From positions 7,948-71,947 of the forward strand of contig CANSOA010000004.1 of NCBI GenBank assembly GCA_947648495.1: 64,000 bases of DNA, read 5' to 3'. A program made the translations under genes and the position numbers. The notes under the pieces were generated by a model that made no database searches, was not told the DNA's origin, and was given only the letters and a program-made list of their open reading frames with translations. Positions 56,043-64,000 of the stretch are shown here, piece by piece; the stretch's first letter is position 1; every line of letters starts with the position of its first letter. The DNA comes from an uncultured Clostridium sp. Its GTDB lineage: Bacteria > Bacillota > Clostridia > TANB77 > CAG-508.

Positions 56043-59000
56043 CTACACAAATAATGACATTTGGTTGCTTTGCGTCATGCCTTTTAAACAACCGAATTTT
56101 TGCAATAATTCAGTGATTGCTTTTCCAATTTTAGAACGTGCTTGCATATCGTCAATACATTCAAATGGCTCATCTTGCGCCGCTTGGTAAATGCTCTCTG
56201 CTGCAATATTTCCTAAACCTGCAATACTATTCAATGGCGGTCTTATTTTTCCATCTTCGACTTGAAATTTTGTACTATGAGAATGATACAAATCCACATC
56301 CAAAAATTCAAAACCACGCTCATACATTTCTAAAACAATTTCTAAATCGTCATACATATCTTTGTCTTTTGGTGTCGCTTGGTTTCCCATCATTTCAATT
56401 TCGCGCATTTTGTTCTTTACCTTTTCTTTACCATAAATCATGACTTCACTATCAAATGCTTTCGCACGAATTGTAAAATACGCTGCATAATACGAAAGAG
56501 GCATATGTACTTTGTAATACGCAATACGAAATGCATTGGTTACATACGCTGCCGCATGAGCCTTCGGGAACATATACTTAATTTTTTTACACGAATTAAT
56601 ATACCAATCTGGCACTTCATGCTCACGCATAATTTCCTCATATTCTGCCCATTTTGGCTCTTTTCCGCCTGCCACTTTTCCTTTACGCACCGATTCCATA
56701 ATCTTAAAAGCTGTATTGGGTGGTAAACCTTTATCCATCAAATAAATCATAATATCATCTCTTGTACAAATTGCCTCACTTAATGTAGCTGTTTTTGTTT
56801 GAATCAATTCTTGCGCATTCCCAAGCCATACATCAGTACCATGAGAAAGTCCTGATAAACGAATCAATTCCTCAAATGTAGTTGGTTTTGTTTCCAAAAG
56901 CATGCCTCTTGAAAACTTGGTTCCAAACTCTGGAATTCCATAACTACCCACTTCAGAGCGAATTTGTTCTGGCAAAACGCCTAACGCTTTTGTGGAACTG
57001 AAAATCGACATAGTTTCTTTATCATCTAAAGGCACTTTGGTTGGGTCTGTTTGTGTAATATCTTGAAGCATTCTAATCATGGTTGGATCGTCATGACCTA
57101 GAATATCGAGTTTTAGCAAGTTTTGGTCAATTGAGTGGTAATCAAAATGAGTTGTTACAATATCTGAATTTGGGTCATCCGCTGGGTGTTGCACTGGGCA
57201 AAATTCATAAATCTCACGCCCTTTTGGCACAACAATGATACCACCTGGATGTTGTCCTGTCGTTCTTTTAATTCCTGTACAACCTCCTGAAATTCTCAAA
57301 ACTTCTGCACTTGGAAGTGGCACATGACGTTCTTCATAATAATTTCTAACATAGCCAAATGCTGTTTTGTCCGCAATCGTTCCAATCGTTCCCGCCTTGA
57401 AAGTCGTTCCTTTTCCAAAAATAACTTCTGTGTATTTATGCGCTTTTGCTTGATATTCACCTGAAAAATTTAAATCTATATCAGGTTCTTTGTCTCCATT
57501 AAATCCCAAAAAAGTCTCAAAAGGAATATCCATGCCGTCTTTATCCAATTTGTGCCCGCATTTTGGGCAATCTTTGTCTGGTAAATCAAAGCCGTTTTTT
57601 ACACCATAATCAGAAAAATCAGAATACTTACAATTTGGACATCGATAATGTGCCTTAAGCGAATTAACCTCTGTAATTCCTGTCATATTTGCCACAAAAG
57701 ACGAACCAACAGAACCTCTGGAACCAACAATATATCCGTCTTCGTTAGATTTCCAAACGAGTTTTTGCGCAATGATATACATTACAGAAAATCCATTTTT
57801 GATAATGGAATCAAGCTCTTTGTCAAGTCTCGTTTGAACAATTTCAGGAAGTGGATTTCCGTACAATTCGTGGGCTTTATCGTATGCAATGTTTCGTATT
57901 TCTTCTTCGCAACCCGGAATATGTGGTGGACATTTCTCCGATGAAATCGGACTGATTTTTTCACACATATCAGCGACCAAATTTGTATTTTTTACAACTA
58001 CTTCATAGGCTTTCTCCTTGCCCAAATAGTCAAATTCGCGAATCATTTCTTCAGTAGTACGCAAATACAAAGGAGCTTGCATGTCGGCATCATCATAACC
58101 TTGTCCTGCTTGCAAAATGCGCCTGTAAATCTCATCTTGCGGATCCATAAAATGCACATCACATGTTGCAACAACTGGTTTTTCTAATCTTTCTCCTAGT
58201 TCAACAATTTTTCGATTAATATTCTTCAAAGCTTCTTTATCTGGAACAGTTTCATTTCGGATCAAATATTCATCATTTCCAATTGGTTGAATTTCCAAAT
58301 AGTCGTAATATTGCGCAACCTCTTCAATCTCGTCTTCTGGCTTTCCTTCCAAAACAGCACGATACAGTTCGCCTGCCTCGCATGCACTGCCTAGAATTAA
58401 GCCTTCTCGATGTTTGTCTAAAACACTTTTCAAAATACGTGGTTTTTTATAAAAATAATCCAAATGCGAATACGAAACCAATTTATACAAATTTTTTAAT
58501 CCCACATAATTTTGCGCTAAAATTATCATGTGATATGGTCTTAGTGATTTAAAATCAGCTTGAAATTTTTGGTCAAATTCGTCCAAAAAAACAATATTTT
58601 TGCCTTTGGCAATTTCAATCATTTTATTAAACACACCAACTAGCGTTTTTACATCATCCAAAGCTCGATGGGCAACTTCAACTTTAATGCCTAATTTGTC
58701 TGCTAAAATCCCTAGTTTAAATTTTTTGAAATCTGGAAACATAGCTCTTGCAAGTGGTAGAGTGTCAACATAAGTATAGTTAAAATCATAGTTATACTTT
58801 TCAAAATTGTGTTTTAAAAATCCCATATCAAATTTGGCATTATGGGCAACTAAAACAGAATCACCGATAAAATCAATGATTTTTGGAATAACTTTATCAA
58901 TGGTTTCCGCGCCTTTTACCATATCGTCCGTAATATTTGTAATCTCTACAACCTTTGGTGGAATTGGCTTTTCTGGATTGACAAAACATTCAAATTGGTC

Positions 59001-60389
59001 AATAATTTCTCCTCCACGCATTTTGATGATACCAACTTCTGTAATTTTTTCAGTAACTGGAGAAATTCCAGTTGTTTCCAAATCTAAAACGCAATATTCT
59101 GTATCAATTGACTGACCTTTGCTTTTGAATACGGTATGTTCATTGTCTCTTACAAAATAAGCTTCAACACCATAAATGACTTTCAAATTGCTTCCTGCTT
59201 CTACAAAATGATGTGCATCTGGAAAAGCTTGTACTACACCGTGATCAGTTATAGCAATAGATTTCCAGCCCCATTCTTCAGCACGTTTTAGCAAATCTTT
59301 GCAGGCAGTAACAGCGTCCATTTGGCTCATTTTGGTGTGCATGTGTAATTCTACCCTTTTTTCTGTTGCATTATCCATTCTTTTTTGCTTTTTACGCCCA
59401 GCTGTTTCAATGATGGTATTTGCCATAATGCTGATTTCTTTAGCAAATGGGTCATATTTTGCAATACCGTCTACTTTTATACCTTTTGCGGTTTTAACTC
59501 TTTTTTCAATTCTTTTAAATTCTTCATTTTTGATAAAAGCTTTGCAAGTCATAGTGCTACTGCCGTCATATAAGTCAAACATCAGAATCGTTTTCTCATT
59601 TTTGATTTCGCGCGAATCAATCCTCACCACTTCGCCATCTAGGCAAACTTTGTCTGAATCAACTGAAATATCGGCAATTTTAGTAGGGTCACTTTTGATA
59701 TTTAAACTTCTACCGTAAATTAGTGGTGTTTCTTCTTCTGGTTCTTGTCCTGCTAAGGCTGTTTCAATTTCTTTTTCTTGTGCTTTTAAGGCTTCTTCGT
59801 GTTCACGTTCTAACATTTGTCTATTTGCTTCTTCTTGGAGTTGTTTGACAAATTCTTGTTCTTGCATTTTGACACTTTGTTCAAATTTTTCTTTGAAATT
59901 TTCTTCTAATTCTTCTGTAAAACTAACCTTGTAGTTTTCGTTGTAAAGATTTAGTAATAGATGTTCTAAGCCTTTGTCAAATTTTTTGGATAATAAAAAG
60001 TCCGCTCCTTTCATGGCTAATTTTATATTGATTTCTTTTCCTAAAATTTCTAACTTACTTTCTTTCAAAACTGCGCGACTAAATGGCTCTTTTTTAGCAA
60101 TGTAATTGACAATATTTTGCCATTGTGCTTCCATATTTTGCTCAATTTCTACATCTTTATATTTCACATCAAGCATTGCCTTTGAGACTTTAAAACGCTT
60201 TATTGCATACGTTTCAAAGCTTTCCATATCCGCTAACTCAATTGGTTTTTTAGAAATAATGTTAACTTGTAATTTGTTCGTCTTTTTATACAAATTGACA
60301 TTTTCAATTTCAGCTTCGATTAAATTATTTTGGGTTGTGTAATCACTAAAAACATCTTTTATGTATTTTGGCATTTTGTAGTTAAACAT
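56043..60389 (-). CDS. polC: DNA polymerase III PolC
   Basis: ELHMHT.MS, DLETTG exonuclease, GSRGSVGSS, PDIDLNFSG. Confidence 0.97.
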   Translation of the reverse strand: MFNYKMPKYIKDVFSDYTTQNNLIEAEIENVNLYKKTNKLQVNIISKKPIELADMESFETYAIKRFKVSKAMLDVKYKDVEIEQNMEAQWQNIVNYIAKKEPFSRAVLKESKLEILGKEINIKLAMKGADFLLSKKFDKGLEHLLLNLYNENYKVSFTEELEENFKEKFEQSVKMQEQEFVKQLQEEANRQMLEREHEEALKAQEKEIETALAGQEPEEETPLIYGRSLNIKSDPTKIADISVDSDKVCLDGEVVRIDSREIKNEKTILMFDLYDGSSTMTCKAFIKNEEFKRIEKRVKTAKGIKVDGIAKYDPFAKEISIMANTIIETAGRKKQKRMDNATEKRVELHMHTKMSQMDAVTACKDLLKRAEEWGWKSIAITDHGVVQAFPDAHHFVEAGSNLKVIYGVEAYFVRDNEHTVFKSKGQSIDTEYCVLDLETTGISPVTEKITEVGIIKMRGGEIIDQFECFVNPEKPIPPKVVEITNITDDMVKGAETIDKVIPKIIDFIGDSVLVAHNAKFDMGFLKHNFEKYNYDFNYTYVDTLPLARAMFPDFKKFKLGILADKLGIKVEVAHRALDDVKTLVGVFNKMIEIAKGKNIVFLDEFDQKFQADFKSLRPYHMIILAQNYVGLKNLYKLVSYSHLDYFYKKPRILKSVLDKHREGLILGSACEAGELYRAVLEGKPEDEIEEVAQYYDYLEIQPIGNDEYLIRNETVPDKEALKNINRKIVELGERLEKPVVATCDVHFMDPQDEIYRRILQAGQGYDDADMQAPLYLRTTEEMIREFDYLGKEKAYEVVVKNTNLVADMCEKISPISSEKCPPHIPGCEEEIRNIAYDKAHELYGNPLPEIVQTRLDKELDSIIKNGFSVMYIIAQKLVWKSNEDGYIVGSRGSVGSSFVANMTGITEVNSLKAHYRCPNCKYSDFSDYGVKNGFDLPDKDCPKCGHKLDKDGMDIPFETFLGFNGDKEPDIDLNFSGEYQAKAHKYTEVIFGKGTTFKAGTIGTIADKTAFGYVRNYYEERHVPLPSAEVLRISGGCTGIKRTTGQHPGGIIVVPKGREIYEFCPVQHPADDPNSDIVTTHFDYHSIDQNLLKLDILGHDDPTMIRMLQDITQTDPTKVPLDDKETMSIFSSTKALGVLPEQIRSEVGSYGIPEFGTKFSRGMLLETKPTTFEELIRLSGLSHGTDVWLGNAQELIQTKTATLSEAICTRDDIMIYLMDKGLPPNTAFKIMESVRKGKVAGGKEPKWAEYEEIMREHEVPDWYINSCKKIKYMFPKAHAAAYVTNAFRIAYYKVHMPLSYYAAYFTIRAKAFDSEVMIYGKEKVKNKMREIEMMGNQATPKDKDMYDDLEIVLEMYERGFEFLDVDLYHSHSTKFQVEDGKIRPPLNSIAGLGNIAAESIYQAAQDEPFECIDDMQARSKIGKAITELLQKFGCLKGMTQSNQMSLFV

Positions 60390-60418
60390 CCTTTCTTGTG
60401 TTATTTTCTGTAAAATTT

Positions 60419-62308
60419 TTATCTGTCAGGCTCGCTCTGTTCTGGCATTTCATGATTTTTCATTTTCTCTTTCATGCTATATTTATCAAATATAACCAAT
60501 GGCACTTGTAATCCTACCTCTTCCATCTGTTTTTTTATGGATGAAATATCATCTTTTTCCATTTGAGAACTTAATTCATTTTCTCCGATATACATCACAT
60601 AAGATGGTTTTAGTGAAGCTTGATACGAATTTCTAAATAAAACAATTTCCGTGTTACCGCCCACTTTACTTTCTTGCTTTGTTAATTCATCATAAGAAGC
60701 AGAGAAATCTTCAAACTCATTTTCGCTTTCCACATAATTAATTCCTTTGTTTGAATGAATATTTCTATTTGAAATCGTCGCAATTAATTCTGGATTTAAC
60801 GTTTCCTTTGATAATCCGATTGCCACTCTTCCTCTTATATTTCCTTTTAAGATATTTTCTGGGCTTGAAATCATAGCAGATAATTGATTAGAAATATTGG
60901 TAACATAATTATTATTATAAGTAGAAACTTGCCCTATTGTCTCCATCTCTATACTACTATCTGTTATAAAATGATTTTCTTTGAACTTGTATTGTGACAA
61001 TAACGCATCTTTTTCTGTTTTTGAAAACTGAAAATCCTTTCCAAGTTCTCTTGAACGTTTTTCTTCTAAACCTTTTACATAGTCCTCAAAATTATAAATT
61101 GTTCTTCCTGGCTCAAAGAAATGAAGCATTGCAGGTGAATTCATTTGAGATAAATCTGTAATAATAATCTCATCTTTCTTTTCTGGATTGTATATATTTT
61201 CTACAATTCGATTTCTATTTTCGACCTCATAATTCATGAAAGCAGAATCCATAAATTCAGCAACTTCTTCACTTTGTTTTGCAACTTCAGAGAACGGTTT
61301 TTCTAAAACTTCATCTATTTTTTGTAATATTTGCATTGTTTCTTGATTTTGAGGAAACTTGCATAATCGCTCTTTTAACAAACCTAAATTATCATACCTC
61401 TTTAAATCCTCTGCACTCCAAACTTTAGAAAGAGTTGCGATTTTCTTTCTTTCCTCATTTGTATAATTTTTGCCAGAAACAACAATTCCCTCAAAAACTC
61501 CCGTATCGATTTCTGATTTGATATAATCTGGATGTTCTTTCAAATGCTTTACAGTATAGGCTCCAATTAAATCTGATTCTTTAGCCAATAATCCAATTAA
61601 AATACATTGTTCTGTTTTGGATAATTCTTCATCATTAAAATATTTTTGAAATATATTATGAAAATCTTCTTCAAAATAATCTGTTACATGATCTTCTAAT
61701 TCCACAATAGTTGATTTATTTTCATCCAATGCTAAAATAGACTTATTTCTTAAGGATAAATCCATATTATATTGTGATACAATTTCTGTTCCATAAATTT
61801 CATAAATCTCTTTAAGAATATTCTTATCCACTCCATCTTCTTGGAAAATATCTAACATTGTTTTATTTAATGAACGTCTCCTAAAATTTGTTGGATTAAT
61901 TCCAACATCTATGTCTGAAAGTTCTAAACCTGTTGTTTGATTTAATCTAATATGATTTTTCATAATATCTAAATCATTGCCTTGTAATTCATCCAGTGAT
62001 TTTATATTGTTCGCTTCAAAAATTTTTTCCGCAATTTGTGCAGTGGTTGCTTCTGGATTACTCAAAGCTTGTTCCCAATTTTTTCTTCCAAATAAATCAA
62101 TTAAAAATGCATAATTTTCTATATCTTGCATTACGCCGAATTTTTGACCTAAAATGTCAGCATATTTTTTACCAAAATTTCTTGCTTGTATATAGGTAAA
62201 GATATTTCGCCTTTTATGATTTGGCAAAGCTAATGCCTTTTCATTACTAGAATTTTTGTATTTATTATATTGCTCCATTTCATCTTTTAAATTTTTAATA
62301 AAACCCAT
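60419..62308 (-). CDS. Hypothetical acidic protein (629 aa)
   Basis: Long ORF with ggag RBS; no family recognised. Confidence 0.75.
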   Translation of the reverse strand: MGFIKNLKDEMEQYNKYKNSSNEKALALPNHKRRNIFTYIQARNFGKKYADILGQKFGVMQDIENYAFLIDLFGRKNWEQALSNPEATTAQIAEKIFEANNIKSLDELQGNDLDIMKNHIRLNQTTGLELSDIDVGINPTNFRRRSLNKTMLDIFQEDGVDKNILKEIYEIYGTEIVSQYNMDLSLRNKSILALDENKSTIVELEDHVTDYFEEDFHNIFQKYFNDEELSKTEQCILIGLLAKESDLIGAYTVKHLKEHPDYIKSEIDTGVFEGIVVSGKNYTNEERKKIATLSKVWSAEDLKRYDNLGLLKERLCKFPQNQETMQILQKIDEVLEKPFSEVAKQSEEVAEFMDSAFMNYEVENRNRIVENIYNPEKKDEIIITDLSQMNSPAMLHFFEPGRTIYNFEDYVKGLEEKRSRELGKDFQFSKTEKDALLSQYKFKENHFITDSSIEMETIGQVSTYNNNYVTNISNQLSAMISSPENILKGNIRGRVAIGLSKETLNPELIATISNRNIHSNKGINYVESENEFEDFSASYDELTKQESKVGGNTEIVLFRNSYQASLKPSYVMYIGENELSSQMEKDDISSIKKQMEEVGLQVPLVIFDKYSMKEKMKNHEMPEQSEPDR

Positions 62309-62338
62309 AATTCATCTCCAAAAAAAACTTGTCCTTAT

Positions 62339-62893
62339 CTATCTGGACTGATTAATCACATCCTTAATCCTCTCAAAATTCTCCTCAATCTCTGGAATAT
62401 CATTAATCGTAACACCCGCCAAAAAACCTTTGGTATAAAAACGAATGTCGCCTATTTTACACATTTTCTGTGAACGCGTTTGAAAATACGCTATATCTTT
62501 TATATCCCTGTAAGCTACAATTTCCTCACGGTCCACAAAAGGATACTTAGCTCGATACTTAAATTTCGTCTCATAAAACGTAGTTTTCGTGCCACTCGCA
62601 CGCTTTTTATTAAAAAACAGCCACGCTCCAAAAAACACCACACACAATATTGTAATTAAAGTTCCAAGCCAAGTTCCATATGTCGTAATTCCCGCCAACG
62701 CAATAATCACCAACAACAAAATCATTTCACCATTTTTTAACAAATTAAACTTTGGAGAATATTTTCGATTCACACTAAAAATTTCTTTTTCATCATCTGC
62801 CTTCAACTTTTCTTGTCTTTTATACTTATCATAACAATTCTTGCAAATGTCGCCTTCTTTTTTCAGTTTTGCCCCACACATTTTACATCTCAT
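62339..62893 (-). CDS. Zinc-ribbon / membrane protein with PH-like C-terminus
   Basis: C..CG.......C..C, two TM segments, Y..I.DI...Q...Q....IGDI. Confidence 0.65.
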   Translation of the reverse strand: MRCKMCGAKLKKEGDICKNCYDKYKRQEKLKADDEKEIFSVNRKYSPKFNLLKNGEMILLLVIIALAGITTYGTWLGTLITILCVVFFGAWLFFNKKRASGTKTTFYETKFKYRAKYPFVDREEIVAYRDIKDIAYFQTRSQKMCKIGDIRFYTKGFLAGVTINDIPEIEENFERIKDVINQSR

Positions 62894-62911
62894 ACAAAAT
62901 TCCTCCTTTGT

Positions 62912-63929
62912 TTAAAATAATCTTACAACATCATTAAAAGACACATACAACGACAGCAAAATCAAAAACGCAAACCCAATCGATTGAATTTTCAATTCCG
63001 TTTCTTCCTCTATTTTCTTCTTGCGAATTCCTTCAATGATTAATAATACAATTTTTCCTCCATCCAACGCTGGAATTGGCAACAAATTTGTCACACCAAG
63101 CGACAATGAAATAACTGCCAACAAATACACAAAATCATAAACGCCGTTCGTTTGAACAACCATTCCAGAAATACCGACTGGTCCTGTCATTTGGTTAATA
63201 TTCACTTTCCCTGTCACCAACATAACCAATCCGTCGCCTACAGAACTGACAAATTCTACAGTTTCCCAAAAACCATAATACAAATTATTCTTGAAATTAT
63301 TTTCCGCCTGCGCCACTTCCACACCAAGAATGTAACGCGTCATTTCACCATATTCAATCGCAACTGGCGTCATATTTAACACAATCTTTTCACCATTTCG
63401 CTCTACCTCAACATCCAGATTTTCTCCTTCTGATTTTAGCAAAATACTATCCACATCTGATTTAATCCTCGTCTTCTCGCCATTGATACTAACAATTTTG
63501 TCACCTGCTTGAAGAATCGTTTGGTCTGTTACATATTCTGGAATAATTTGCTCAATTACGGTGGAAGTGTTCATTCCACTTGATGTCATCAAAATAAAAT
63601 AAATCATCATACCAAATAAAATATTCACAATCGCACCAGCAGCAACAATAGCAATTCGTTGTGAAACTTTGGCTTCACTAAATGAGCCGGACTTCGGTTA
63701 CATCACCTGTTTCACCCAATAAATCCACATAACCACCAAACGGAATCGCTCTTACCGAATATTTCGTCTGTTTTCCTTGTTTTGAAAAGATTTTTGGTCC
63801 AAAACCCAATGAAAACTCTTTGACATTTATCCTACACAATTTCGCAACAAAAAAATGTCCACCTTCATGAATGAGCACCAAAAATCCCAACAAAAATATT
63901 ACCTTCACAATACCAATTACAAGTCCCAA
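62912..63929 (-). CDS. rseP: RIP metalloprotease RseP (about 338 aa), +1 frameshift at CGG codon 81
   Basis: HEGGH, FS.GFGP, IP.GGYV; EV|C|GSFSEAKVSQRIAIVAAG..VN; PDZ; NLLPIPALDGG. Confidence 0.92.
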
Positions 63930-63943
63930 TTCAACCTCCTAAT

Positions 63944-64000
63944 TTATAAAAACATCGTCAATAAAAAATATGCAAATGGAGCAATAAACATGACACTATC
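63944..64000 (-). CDS. cdsA: Phosphatidate cytidylyltransferase, 3' end (partial)
   Basis: DSVMFIAPFAYFLLTMFL* resembles the CdsA C-terminus; usual position upstream of rseP. Confidence 0.6.
   Translation of the reverse strand, partial: DSVMFIAPFAYFLLTMFL

Overview
Low-GC Clostridia-type chromosome segment with sporulation/exosporium genes, polC and the str operon; the look of its orphan and pilin-like genes tentatively suggests an uncultured gut lineage such as TANB77/CAG-269. Bases 1-18.5 kb hold two adjacent integrative mobilizable elements next to tRNA-Gln/tRNA-His. The first carries TnpV, MobC, a MOBP relaxase, ParB, regulators, Xis and a tyrosine integrase. The second carries a large serine recombinase, MobV and TnpV. 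The rest is mostly core genome (dapF, PBP, rsmA, acpP, plsX, tuf, fusA, rpsG, rpsL, amylase, two pdp paralogs, rnhB, htrA, BclB-like protein, tRNA-fMet, polC, rseP, cdsA). Main discovery: seven genes (serine recombinase, alpha-amylase, SDR, pdp paralog, rnhB, pilin-like gene, rseP) are each split by the same event. An in-frame CGG codon is reached and the protein continues in the +1 frame starting with GGN (Gly), a family-conserved Gly in at least five of the seven, so the quadruplet C-GGN behaves as Gly. In my manual scan no intact host gene has an in-frame CGG, whereas one GC-richer cargo gene has four. This points to a genome-wide recoding rule (CGG-triggered +1 frameshift or 4-base decoding). 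A systematic sequencing artefact cannot be excluded without reads or proteomics.
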